Below, piece by piece: positions 1 to 8,650 of a stretch of DNA of 64,000 nucleotides. Each line of letters begins with the position of its first letter. Position 1 is the first letter of the stretch. Source of the DNA: an uncultured Peptostreptococcaceae bacterium (GTDB lineage: Bacteria; Bacillota; Clostridia; Peptostreptococcales; Acidaminobacteraceae); NCBI GenBank assembly GCA_964511875.1, contig CAZEHS010000004.1, positions 5,028-69,027 of the forward strand. Direction: 5' to 3'. A program made the position numbers and the translations under genes. The notes beneath the pieces are model-generated. The model was given only the letters and a program-made list of their open reading frames with translations. It made no database searches and was not told the origin of the DNA.

Positions 1-168
1 TCAAAAAATCTCCGACATCACTTTCACTATATAATCTATTATAGAAACTTGCTAAATTGCAATATTTCTTAATATCCTCGTCGTTGATAGTAATATTTTT
101 CTCGTCGATGTACTCTTTTACATAATCCAAACTCGATTGATTCAATTCTGATTTGTACTCTGACATAA
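1..168 (-). CDS. Small hypothetical protein (55 aa), absent from the supplied ORF track
   Basis: Own reverse-strand translation: MSEYKSELNQSSLDYVKEYIDEKNITINDEDIKKYCNLASFYNRLYSESDVGDFL. ATG at 168-166 with GAGGAG upstream; stop at 3-1. Confidence 0.3.
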
Positions 169-611
169 TGGCAACTCCTCTACATTTTATATTACATCTA
201 TTAGATGAACGAATTAGGATACCGCGGTTTTACGATTTACACGAACGTACGCGTCGAGATTTTCTACTTCGATTTGGGGTCACTGCGTAGCTTTGACACG
301 GTTAATTACTTCTCCTTCTTCATTATACCTTAAAGGTTCTTGGATAATCTTTCATTTTCTTTGGGGCTGCCATATAACTACGGTGTTGACGAAACAACCC
401 GTCGTAAACACACCCATTTCAATAAGGGTTGATGACGGTCATATATACCTCTAAATCATATGTATATATGACAAGTGTCGTTAACACTACCTATTCATGC
501 TAATTTTGACGCTGATCAAATCACTCAATGGCAATGTGAAATGGTTAGGATGAGGGGGTGATTCACAACCGACACAACGAATTTCCAATCATTCAAAAAT
601 ATGTATTCATA

Positions 612-648
612 TCAATAAAACAAAAGCCCAATCCATCCGGACTGGGCT
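612..648 (-). terminator. Intrinsic terminator of the repressor gene
   Basis: Hairpin AGCCCA-N12-TGGGCT (625-648), followed on the minus strand by TTTTGTTTTATT, directly after the stop of 652..981. Confidence 0.6.
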
Positions 649-651
649 AAT

Positions 652-981
652 TTATTTCTTTTCCCCTTTATGTTTCGCTTTCAACCCTTCAATAATCAAC
701 TTAACCGCCGCAATATCCTCATCAGTAAGCCCGTCGATATCTTTGGTACTAAAGGCCAGACCCTCAGTTTCCCATCTGCGAGTGGGCGTTTTACCAAGAA
801 GATAGTCAACCGACACGTCAAAAAAATTAGCGATCTCAACTAAAGTGTCATGCTTAGGCTGTTTGAGCTCAGATTCATAACCTGCAACAGTTGATCGGGT
901 TTTATTTATTTTCTGTGCAAACTCTTCTTGTGTCAGACCAGATTCTTTTCTGAGTTCTTTCAACCGACTAGCGAAGTTCAT
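652..981 (-). CDS. XRE-family HTH transcriptional repressor (cI-like)
   Basis: N-terminal HTH_3-type sequence LKELRKESGLTQEEFAQKINKTRSTVAGYESELKQP. AAGGAG RBS. Divergent from a second XRE gene. Confidence 0.85.
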   Translation of the reverse strand: MNFASRLKELRKESGLTQEEFAQKINKTRSTVAGYESELKQPKHDTLVEIANFFDVSVDYLLGKTPTRRWETEGLAFSTKDIDGLTDEDIAAVKLIIEGLKAKHKGEKK

Positions 982-1000
982 ATCATCAGCTCCTTCTAAA

Positions 1001-1029
1001 ATTTTACGCTTTAATGTTTCTAATGTAAA
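1001..1029 (-). promoter_or_regulatory. Putative sigma-A promoter of the repressor gene
   Basis: On the minus strand TTTACA-N17-TAAAAT, just upstream of the AAGGAG RBS and ATG at 981. Confidence 0.4.
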
Positions 1030-1044
1030 CAGTCAATAGCAAAT

Positions 1045-1122
1045 AGTCCTTAAAAGGAACAAAAAGTGGTTGACAATGTTCCTTAACGGGACTATGCTTT
1101 ATACAAAGTCACCGAACGGGAC
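1045..1122 (+). promoter_or_regulatory. Cro-side promoter flanked by operator-like repeats
   Basis: TTGACA (1070-1075)-N17-TATGCT (1093-1098). AGTCCTTAAAAGGAAC (1045-1060) and the inverted AGTCCCGTTAAGGAAC (reverse complement of 1078-1093) flank the -35 box. AACGGGAC recurs at 1115-1122. Confidence 0.45.
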
Positions 1123-1136
1123 AAAGGAGGTGTGGC

Positions 1137-1382
1137 ATGAGAGCGTTTATGAAAACGAAACGTGAGGAACTGGGTTTCACTCAGGCTGAAACTGCTGAGA
1201 AGGTTGGTATTGCACGTACAACATATACAAATATTGAACTTGGTGAAAAAAATCCTTCATTCGAAATTATGCTAAAGCTCAAAGAAGTTTTTAAAGTGAA
1301 AAAAGACGATATTTTTTTAAATACAAATGTCCCAAAGAGTGACAAAACGGAGTGCGGCGGGCATAAAGAAGCCACTATGTGA
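1137..1382 (+). CDS. XRE-family HTH regulator (Cro-like)
   Basis: LGFTQAETAEKVGIARTTYTNIELGEKNP HTH_3 motif. GGAGG RBS. Divergent from the repressor. Confidence 0.8.
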   Translation: MRAFMKTKREELGFTQAETAEKVGIARTTYTNIELGEKNPSFEIMLKLKEVFKVKKDDIFLNTNVPKSDKTECGGHKEATM

Positions 1383-1542
1383 TGAGGGATAGATAAAAAG
1401 ACAGCCTGCTTTCGCAGGCCGTGAAGGTGAGCCGCATGGACAGCGGCTATAGTAACAGTGTATCAGGGGTGCGGATTACCACTTACAGCTTCACTCAATA
1501 AAACAATCCAATTCTACAGAAAACCCGGAAGGAGGAACAAAT

Positions 1543-2004
1543 ATGAAAACACAGAGCATTTACAAAACAGCCCGGGAAAGCGGACCCAAAGAGTACAGCA
1601 TTGAGGCTTCGGCCAGAGAGCTGCATGTATCGCCATCATCCCTTTATGACTACGAGCGGGGAACCACCATTCCCCCGGAAGACGTCGTGTGTAGGATGAT
1701 TGAAGTATACGGTGCAGGATGGCTGGCGTATCAGCACATTCAGCAGAACACACTGTTGGGAGCACGGTTTTTTCCATCGGTGAACATTCAGAACCTGTGC
1801 CAGGCAGTGCTTCAACTGGAAAAGGAACTGGAGGATGTCGAGAAACAACGGCCTGAGCTGGTACGTATAGCACTTGGCGGAAGCATTGATAAAGCCGAGA
1901 GCAAACGGTGGGATAAGCTTTGTAAGGAGTTTATGGAGGCGGCAGGGGTGCTGCTGGCACTGAACGCTTGGAATCCGATGAAGGCAGGTGGCGGGCATGC
2001 ATAA
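1543..2004 (+). CDS. Phage HTH-domain protein
   Basis: GGAGG RBS. SIEASARELHVSPSSLYDYERGTTIPP resembles an XRE-type HTH. Confidence 0.55.
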   Translation: MKTQSIYKTARESGPKEYSIEASARELHVSPSSLYDYERGTTIPPEDVVCRMIEVYGAGWLAYQHIQQNTLLGARFFPSVNIQNLCQAVLQLEKELEDVEKQRPELVRIALGGSIDKAESKRWDKLCKEFMEAAGVLLALNAWNPMKAGGGHA

Positions 2005-2431
2005 GGTTTCAATTGCTATTAATCCGGTGCAGATTGTATTACAGCAGATGGATAAACTGAACCGTTTGGCAGAGAAGGTAACTGATCCTGAAAATGCCTG
2101 CAGGATTGCAGGGTGCATCGCAGAGCTTGGGGCTGCGGTGATAGGGAAGGCGGATGGGGAAATGAATCTGCAACTGGATGATATTCCGGATGGCAACGAC
2201 ACCATCAGTTATAAAGAAGCCTGCCTGTTTCTGAGGATGGGTGCCACTTCACTGAACCGTGAAATTGCAGAGAATCCTGATTTTCCGGTTTATCAGCCAG
2301 GGGGCAAGGGCGGCAGAAAGTATTTCAGTAAAAAGCAGCTGATGATCTGGCAAGAGAAAAAGCTGCGTGAACCGAAGAAGGAGCAGATAATGCATAAGGC
2401 GACACCGGGCAAGCTGTGGCAGGTGCAGTAA
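1997..2431 (+). CDS. Excisionase/MerR-like HTH DNA-binding protein
   Basis: C-terminal ISYKEACLFLRMGATSLNREIAENPDFPVYQPGGKGGRKYFSKKQL is HTH_17/excisionase-like. I prefer the ATG at 1997 over the track's GVG start at 1988. Confidence 0.5.
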   Translation: MHKVSIAINPVQIVLQQMDKLNRLAEKVTDPENACRIAGCIAELGAAVIGKADGEMNLQLDDIPDGNDTISYKEACLFLRMGATSLNREIAENPDFPVYQPGGKGGRKYFSKKQLMIWQEKKLREPKKEQIMHKATPGKLWQVQ

Positions 2432-2599
2432 GGAGGTTTATGATTCTTGCAACAGCACAACCCAAAGCTCCGGCACGATCCGGAGAAAAAGAAAACGCCA
2501 CCGCAAATGCGATAGGCGCTTAAGAAAAATCACATGTTCAGTATACCAGAGGTACAGAGGGAAGGGAAGACGGTGAAACTCACCGGAAAAGGAGGCTCT

Positions 2600-2956
2600 A
2601 TGCTGATTCGATGCAATGTGGAGTACAAACGCTTTGATGACTTTGAAAAGGCCATGCTGGCCATGGGGCATTCGCTGCCGGGTGCGGATTCCATCGATAT
2701 CGATGAAACCTATATGGATGGGCAGTTCCGGATTCATAACGAATGGCGCTGCGGCATCTCATTCCGGAACCACGGCCTGACAGTGTTCATGAAAGGCACC
2801 AGCCTGCGGATCCTCTGCGAAGATGACCAACTGGCCATCCAGGCATTTCTCGCCCTGAAAGGGATCGGCAACTTTCATCCCTGCCAGCCTGCCACTATTC
2901 CGCCCGAAATTTACGGCATCCGGGAACAACGGTGGGCCACAGAAATACTGCCATGA
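2600..2956 (+). CDS. Hypothetical phage protein
   Basis: AAGGAGG RBS 7 nt before the ATG at 2600. Co-oriented with its neighbours. Confidence 0.45.
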   Translation: MLIRCNVEYKRFDDFEKAMLAMGHSLPGADSIDIDETYMDGQFRIHNEWRCGISFRNHGLTVFMKGTSLRILCEDDQLAIQAFLALKGIGNFHPCQPATIPPEIYGIREQRWATEILP

Positions 2957-3261
2957 AACCGGTCCTGATCGCCTGGACACAGCCTCAACACTGCGGCGAT
3001 TGCAGTATGACCGTGCCGGAGGGCTGGCAGGAGCTGAAATACTCAAGCGGCGGCCCATACCTTGAAAAACGGTGCTGTTCTTGCGCGGAGGTGCATTATG
3101 GGAATGCCTTATCTAATCTGGCTGACGACCTTCCCAAGAAAGTACGGCGTTCTGGCCAGAATAAAAAGACTGATAAACCGATGACCGAAGCCCCGCTTCT
3201 GGGGTTGGCAGGCAGTGTGGACTATGTGATCAAGAACGTTCGGAATGTGAGTGAATCTTAG
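2953..3261 (+). CDS. Hypothetical Cys-rich phage protein
   Basis: ATGA start/stop overlap with the preceding gene. Contains CGDC and CCSC motifs. Confidence 0.4.
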   Translation: MKPVLIAWTQPQHCGDCSMTVPEGWQELKYSSGGPYLEKRCCSCAEVHYGNALSNLADDLPKKVRRSGQNKKTDKPMTEAPLLGLAGSVDYVIKNVRNVSES

Positions 3262-3303
3262 CGAGCGCTCCTTATGACGACTTAAAAGACAGGAGGCACC
3301 GAA

Positions 3304-4338
3304 GTGCCAAACAGAATCATCAAAGAGACAATCTGCACCAGTGAGAACCTTGACCAGTTGAGCCCGGAGGCAGAAGTATTCTTCTACCGGCTGATGGTGA
3401 ACTGCGACGACTTCGGCCGCTTCTCTGCCAACCCTCAGATCCTCCGGAGCAAGCTTTACCCGCTGAAGGTAGATATCGTTCGGCCGGAGATGGTGGAAGC
3501 CTGGCTCATAGAGCTCATCGGTTCGGAACTGATATTCCTCTACGAAGCTGAAGGCAAGCGCCTGCTACAGATACAGAGCTGGAACAAACACCAGCAGAAG
3601 CGTGCAAAGCACAGCAAGTATCCAACATATGACAGCACCTGCATGAAACTGATATCACATGATATCGGATGCAAACCCAAAGATATCCGGTGCGATGCAA
3701 ATGAAATCACGTGCAGTGCGGAAGCTGTCACATGCGGTGCTGACGAAACCACAGGAAATCATCTGCCAGCAAATGTCCCCGAGAATCGAGAACCGAGAAA
3801 CGAGAAACGAGAATCGATTAAAGATTCTTCGTCGCACCTCACGGCCGACGGAGCTGAACCGGACATGCCTGAAGAATTAAGTGATCCAGAAGAATCCCAA
3901 GCGTCGGAAGAATCCACACCGAAGGAACCGGTGGAACCGACTGAGCTCAAAACGATATATAGCACCAGCGGACCGGAATACAAACTGGCGGAATACCTGC
4001 TCGGCAATATCAGAGAGCTGGACCCCAAAGCGCGGCAGCCAAACCTTCAGGGCTGGGCCGCAGACATAGACAAGATGATCCGCCTGGATAAACGGTCCGC
4101 ATCGGAGATCAAAGACCTAATCGACTTTGTGCAGAGTGACACATTCTGGCGATCGAACATCCTCTCAGGCAAGAAACTGCGGGAGAAGGCTACTACTCTC
4201 ACCGCCAAGATGAAAGAAAAATCAACGAAAGGAGGACCCGGCTATGGAAGCAATTTCAAGCCTGCTGGTAAAAGTTCAGAAACTGCAGCAGATCCAAGGT
4301 TCAGCGCCAGTAGATATAGCAGCAGGCAAAGCGGTTAA
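3304..4338 (+). CDS. Phage replisome organizer (DnaD-like C-terminal domain)
   Basis: N-terminus MPNRIIKETICTSENLDQLSPEAEVFFYRLMVNCDDFGRF is typical of the phage replisome-organizer N-domain. An acidic low-complexity linker follows. C-terminal LAEYLLGNIRELDPKARQPNLQGWAADIDKMIRLDKRS is DnaD-like. GTG start with AGGAGG RBS. Confidence 0.7.
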   Translation: MPNRIIKETICTSENLDQLSPEAEVFFYRLMVNCDDFGRFSANPQILRSKLYPLKVDIVRPEMVEAWLIELIGSELIFLYEAEGKRLLQIQSWNKHQQKRAKHSKYPTYDSTCMKLISHDIGCKPKDIRCDANEITCSAEAVTCGADETTGNHLPANVPENREPRNEKRESIKDSSSHLTADGAEPDMPEELSDPEESQASEESTPKEPVEPTELKTIYSTSGPEYKLAEYLLGNIRELDPKARQPNLQGWAADIDKMIRLDKRSASEIKDLIDFVQSDTFWRSNILSGKKLREKATTLTAKMKEKSTKGGPGYGSNFKPAGKSSETAADPRFSASRYSSRQSG

Positions 4339-5053
4339 ATGCGCCATCTGCCAGGATGATAAATTTATCCCCGGCGAAGGAGGAAGGCTGAAACGCTGTC
4401 AGTGCGTAGATATGGAAATCTCCATGGAGCGCCTGAAGAACAGCGGACTGGCCGCAGCTTTCGGCAGCAAACGCCTTGATACATTCCGGCTGGAAGGGCG
4501 ACCGGCTTCGATTAGGGAGGCATACAACATGGCAATCCGCTATGTGGAACAGTTTGAAACCATCAGGCAGTCCGAGAACAACTGGCTGGCCTTGCTAGGC
4601 CAGGTCGGCTGCGGCAAAACCCACCTGACCATCGGCATCGCCAACGCCCTGATGGCGAAGAACATCAGCGTGGTGTACATGCCTTATCGGGATGAGATCA
4701 CCCGGATCAAGCAGGTAATCACCGATGAAGCGGAATACAACCGGGTTATGAACCGCCTGAAAAACGCCCAGGTGCTGGTCGTTGACGACCTGTTCAAAGA
4801 GGCCCTGGTGAACCGGAACGGGGAGAAGGTCTTGAACGAATCCGACCTGCGGATCATGTTCGAACTCTTTAACCACCGCTACTTTAAACGCCTGCCGGTC
4901 ATCATCAGCAGTGAGCACTACATCAGCCGATTGCTGGACATGGATGAAGGGTTGGGCAGCCGTATCTTCGAAATGACCAAGGGGAACCTGGTTGAACTGT
5001 GGGCAGAGAAGCCTCAGGACCGGGCCGCCATGAACTACCGAATGACAGGATGA
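4244..5053 (+). CDS. DnaC/IstB-like AAA+ helicase loader
   Basis: Walker A GQVGCGKTHL and Walker B VLVVDDLF. N-terminal CAICQ..CQC zinc-ribbon-like motif. AGGAGG RBS. Overlaps the upstream gene by 95 nt. Confidence 0.8.
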   Translation: MEAISSLLVKVQKLQQIQGSAPVDIAAGKAVKCAICQDDKFIPGEGGRLKRCQCVDMEISMERLKNSGLAAAFGSKRLDTFRLEGRPASIREAYNMAIRYVEQFETIRQSENNWLALLGQVGCGKTHLTIGIANALMAKNISVVYMPYRDEITRIKQVITDEAEYNRVMNRLKNAQVLVVDDLFKEALVNRNGEKVLNESDLRIMFELFNHRYFKRLPVIISSEHYISRLLDMDEGLGSRIFEMTKGNLVELWAEKPQDRAAMNYRMTG

Positions 5054-5065
5054 GGAGGACAAACC

Positions 5066-5353
5066 ATGCGGAACGACATCATGGACCTGAGCGAAGCTAT
5101 CAGCATCGAAAACATGAAAGCCCACGGCCTGGAAGTGGGCATGCAGGTCGAAGTGCTGGAACAGAAATCCTATGCCCGGCCGGAACGGGAGCACAAAGAA
5201 ACCGGCATCAAACCCCGCAGCATCCGGGGGGAAGTCCTGGCCGTCAACGACCGGATCTTCACCCTGAAAACCGAAACCTTCCGGCGGATCGAGAGCTTCC
5301 ACCTGAGCGATCTCTTCAGACCTGGGGGCATCAGCGTGAGGGTACGGTCATGA
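5066..5353 (+). CDS. Hypothetical phage protein
   Basis: AGGAGG RBS. Co-oriented with its neighbours. Confidence 0.45.
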   Translation: MRNDIMDLSEAISIENMKAHGLEVGMQVEVLEQKSYARPEREHKETGIKPRSIRGEVLAVNDRIFTLKTETFRRIESFHLSDLFRPGGISVRVRS

Positions 5354-5422
5354 TCACCAACCGGCGCATCGGAAACCGTCAGAGTAGGGGACACCACAAC
5401 CTGAAGACCATGGAGGTACAGC

Positions 5423-5656
5423 ATGGACAAGACTGAAATCACAGCCCTTGAAAAAACCAGGGCAAACCACCGCATCCGAAGCACCTGCACCGGCCATCTG
5501 TTCGAGCGGATAGGGGATTACGGCCAGCACCGCTGCCGGTACTGCGGAGCAACCGCCGACGCCGGTTTTGTCGAAGGTTACCTGCAGGGCATAGGCCACA
5601 GCCGCAGTAACATCAAAGCGCCCCATGCCCGGGAAAGCTGGGTGCGGACCACATGA
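5423..5656 (+). CDS. Hypothetical phage protein
   Basis: GGAGG RBS. Contains HRCRYCG. Confidence 0.4.
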   Translation: MDKTEITALEKTRANHRIRSTCTGHLFERIGDYGQHRCRYCGATADAGFVEGYLQGIGHSRSNIKAPHARESWVRTT

Positions 5657-5678
5657 ATGCGATAACAAGGAGCAGCCA

Positions 5679-5933
5679 ATGGGCCGAAAAGTAGGGGATC
5701 CCTCCAGCAAATATGCCTACCAGCCTGAACGGCTGGAGAAGGACATAGCCGAGAAAGCAATGCTCCGGGAAACGGCCGGCCAGACCATCCGGGAACACAT
5801 CCGCCGGGCTGTGTATTACTCGGGCCTGCAGCCGGAAACCGGGATGCAGATAGTGCTGGAGGAAGTACGGAAGGTTTACGCCGAACTGAATGATATGGAG
5901 GAGAGAACAGATGGACATTACCAAACTGATTGA
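5679..5933 (+). CDS. Hypothetical phage protein
   Basis: AAGGAG RBS before the in-frame ATG at 5679, which I prefer over the track start at 5625. Confidence 0.4.
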   Translation: MGRKVGDPSSKYAYQPERLEKDIAEKAMLRETAGQTIREHIRRAVYYSGLQPETGMQIVLEEVRKVYAELNDMEERTDGHYQTD

Positions 5934-5954
5934 AACCGCTCACCCGGAGGTTAC

Positions 5955-6080
5955 ATGCTTAAAAAAATAAAGTGCAGACACTGCGGCCGAACCATATGTG
6001 AGCTCAAAGGGCAGATCATCATCCACTGCAGGCGATGCGGTAAAGTCAATTACATAACCACCACAGAGAAACGCGTATAG
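5955..6080 (+). CDS. Small zinc-ribbon protein (Com-like), absent from the ORF track
   Basis: Own translation: MLKKIKCRHCGRTICELKGQIIIHCRRCGKVNYITTTEKRV. Two CxxC pairs. GGAGG RBS. Confidence 0.5.
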   Translation: MLKKIKCRHCGRTICELKGQIIIHCRRCGKVNYITTTEKRV

Positions 6081-6148
6081 CGGACCAAGCGTCCCAGGGT
6101 TAACACACACCCTGGGACTATTGTTTTTACTTAGAAGGGAGAACCCAC

Positions 6149-6721
6149 ATGGACAAGACCAAAATGAGAAAGACCGAATGGAGACTCACCCAGTATTACC
6201 GCCGGAAGGCCGCCATCGGCCGATTCGAACGGATGCTTACCAAGGGACGGGAACGGATCACCCAGATTGAAAAGGATATCAGGAATTGCAGCTACACCAT
6301 CGAGAACCCGCTACAAAGCGTCACCTATGACGGCATGCCCAAAGGCAAACAGTCCCCCGGCAGTGCCATCGAACGGAGCCTGATCCGAGCCCATGAACAG
6401 CTGGAAACCGAAATGTGCCGCCTCATCGAACGGGAAGCCCACCTGATCACCTGCATCACCCGCACCCGGGACAACATCGACCTCATGGAAGAAGCGCTCT
6501 GTGTTCTGGACGAAGAACAGCAGCTCATCGTAGAACTCCGTTATGGCAAAGGCCAAGCCTACAGGCAGATGGAAGAGCAGTTGATGATGGACTACACCTC
6601 CGTCCACCGCCGAAATTCAATCATCATGGAACGGCTGACCGAAGAACTGGACCGCATGGGCACCACGCTCCTGGCCGAGTACGACCTAGTAATCGAAATT
6701 GAAGAGCCCATAAGCGGCTGA
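6149..6721 (+). CDS. Phage late-gene transcriptional activator, sigma-70 region-4-like (ArpU/RinA-type)
   Basis: LDEEQQLIVELRYGKGQAYRQMEEQLMMDYTSVHRRNSIIMERL resembles a sigma region-4 HTH. Its position after the replication module fits this role. Confidence 0.5.
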   Translation: MDKTKMRKTEWRLTQYYRRKAAIGRFERMLTKGRERITQIEKDIRNCSYTIENPLQSVTYDGMPKGKQSPGSAIERSLIRAHEQLETEMCRLIEREAHLITCITRTRDNIDLMEEALCVLDEEQQLIVELRYGKGQAYRQMEEQLMMDYTSVHRRNSIIMERLTEELDRMGTTLLAEYDLVIEIEEPISG

Positions 6722-6803
6722 AGAAGGAACATAAGCCAGGCTTACGGTCAGCAATGCCCCAGCCTGGCTTTTGCATAAGCTAAACACGATCAGGAGGAGA
6801 CCC

Positions 6804-7355
6804 ATGAACTACGTACAGCCCATTAAGAGCAAAGCGAAGATAGATGAAATAGAAAGCATTTTGGAAGCCTGGCACCGGAAATACCGGATCATGTTCCTCA
6901 TGGGCATATACTCCGGCCTGAGGATCAGTGACATCCTGCCCTTGAAGGTGAAGGACGTGTACGGCAAGGACCACATCGACATCCGGGAGAAAAAGACCCG
7001 GAAGGCCAAACGGTTCCGGATCAACAGGAACCTGGCCGACGCCCTGAGCAAGTACTGCATCGGCAGACCTGAAGACAGCTACCTGATCCCGTCCGGACGG
7101 CGGGCCCACAAGCCTCTTGGATCACGACGGGCCTATGACGTCATCAAGGAAGCTGGAGGGAAGGCCGGGATGGAGAGCCTGGGCACCCACAGCATGCGCA
7201 AGACCTTCGGATTCCACTACTACCAGCAGACCGGCGACATCGTCACCCTGCAGAAGATATTCAACCACGCCACCACCCAGATCACCCTGCGGTACATCGG
7301 CATCGACCAGGAAGCCATCGACGACACCATGTACAGTTTCAGCTTCAGGAACTAA
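6804..7355 (+). CDS. Small tyrosine recombinase (catalytic domain only, 183 aa)
   Basis: Catalytic-residue pattern GLRISD ... HSMRKTF ... NHATTQITLRYIG (R, H-x-x-R, H, Y). AGGAGG RBS before the ATG at 6804. Confidence 0.75.
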   Translation: MNYVQPIKSKAKIDEIESILEAWHRKYRIMFLMGIYSGLRISDILPLKVKDVYGKDHIDIREKKTRKAKRFRINRNLADALSKYCIGRPEDSYLIPSGRRAHKPLGSRRAYDVIKEAGGKAGMESLGTHSMRKTFGFHYYQQTGDIVTLQKIFNHATTQITLRYIGIDQEAIDDTMYSFSFRN

Positions 7356-7530
7356 CCCTCTGAAACCGTTGAAATAAACGTAGTGTACTACATTAACTGC
7401 TTAAAACGGGATGAACAGGAATAAATGAGAAACATGAAAGCCCGGAAACCATTGAAAAGTATGGGGATGAGGCAAGGTTGGAGTTTATGCCTACAATGAT
7501 GCGATATGACAATAAAAGGACGGTGTAAAA

Positions 7531-7854
7531 ATGGACATAAAAGACGTTGAAAAGCATATTGAATTCTATGAGAGATTGAAGCAAATGTTATCCAAAGAGC
7601 CCAGTAATGATACAGAGGCAATCTTCCTGAAATACATTGAGTTAAGGCGGACGGCAGACGTAGCTGCCTACATGAATGATCAGGGCCATAGGATACAAGG
7701 TGCCAAGAAGAAGCGGCTCTACATCAACACCGACATCACTGCCATCCTGGATGATCCGGAAGCCGAGCACCTGGTTGAGCCGGATGTGTATAGCCTGGTC
7801 AGGCGGATGCAGAAGTCGGGGAGGCTGCTGCAGCGCCATCTTCTGGAGAATTGA
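7531..7854 (+). CDS. Hypothetical protein
   Basis: ORF with a weak RBS. Last co-oriented gene of the element. Confidence 0.35.
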   Translation: MDIKDVEKHIEFYERLKQMLSKEPSNDTEAIFLKYIELRRTADVAAYMNDQGHRIQGAKKKRLYINTDITAILDDPEAEHLVEPDVYSLVRRMQKSGRLLQRHLLEN

Positions 7855-8206
7855 ATAGAGAACGGCATGAGACAAAGCAAGGAGGGTGTAAGCTAAACGC
7901 ACACCCTTCTTCCATGCAATCAATCATGTAACCGGTAAAGGCAAGGATCCGTGGTATCCCCCCCACCCTCCATATCCATTTTTATACTTTAATGGACCGT
8001 ATAGGGTAGGTGTTTCCAATAGAGCGTTTCCCACAAACCTTTTTTCCGGCGGGGAAACGGGCAGAAAAACCACTGGTTGAAATCCGGTCAAACAAGCGAT
8101 TTTCAACAGTGGAGGGGCATCGGGGCATATGAGGATAAACGAAATATATAGGTCGAAAATCATAGGGGGATTCGCCGGAAAAACACGAGGAATCGCTGGG
8201 TATGAG

Positions 8207-8248
8207 AACAAATAAAAAGAGCCCTGCAGGTAGGTATTTAACCTGCAG
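8207..8248 (-). terminator. Orphan intrinsic terminator (no intact upstream gene)
   Basis: CTGCAGGT-N9-ACCTGCAG stem, followed on the minus strand by CTCTTTTTATTTG. Confidence 0.45.
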
Positions 8249-8650
8249 TACTGGGCATTTTGGATTGGTGCATGTTTGCTGGGCAGCAGGAGCTCAAACG
8301 ACAGCTTATCGAACACGTGGAGACCGCTCTTGTTAGCGATCAAATCAGCTCATTGCTCAGGAACCTTACTCGACATAACTACCGGAAACGGCAATAATCG
8401 GAAATGGATCCCTTCCGCAAAGATACAGAAGGTCGCCTTACATTGAAAACAGAAAAACGCAGCGGATAATCTCGATGATTCATCCTGCTAGGAGAGTAGT
8501 CACAAGACCTATTGGAAGGTATAGTGGAAATAGAACACTAATGGGCCAGTTATGAAACGGTCTTGAAAAGGCCTGCTGACAAAATCCTGTAAGTGAAAAT
8601 CGAGGTTCAAAAAGGACAACCAAGGTGAACTGAACTGGAGGAGAGCTCAT

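Larger units (their letters stand above)
1..7860. mobile_element. Prophage-like element remnant: lysogeny switch, replication and late-regulator modules; no capsid, tail, terminase or lysis genes in the window
   Basis: Divergent XRE repressor pair is followed by a co-oriented run of phage-type genes (HTH, excisionase-like, replisome organizer, DnaC-like loader, ArpU/sigma-like activator, tyrosine recombinase). The ORF track shows dense long ORFs on both strands from about 1.5 to 7.4 kb, a sign of stop-poor, G+C-richer DNA, unlike the rest of the window. The left end lies beyond the window. Confidence 0.7.

Noticed and set aside
3757-3800. Imperfect CGAGAA-type hexanucleotide repeats
   Set aside because: They lie inside the acidic low-complexity linker of the replisome organizer (ENREPRNEKRES). 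This is coding low complexity, not an independent repeat element.
4595-5302. 235-aa minus-strand ORF, plus similar long antisense ORFs (for example 1636..2205, 5578..5943, 6311..6607, 6780..7109) in the phage-like region
   Set aside because: They lie antisense to plus-strand genes that have RBSs and recognisable domains. They have low-complexity Pro/Gly/Arg-rich composition and no RBS. These are typical shadow ORFs of G+C-rich DNA.
7924-8343. 139-aa minus-strand ORF in the gap after the phage-like element
   Set aside because: It has no RBS and reads straight through a strong terminator hairpin (8224-8248). Its sequence is low-complexity with no recognisable motif.
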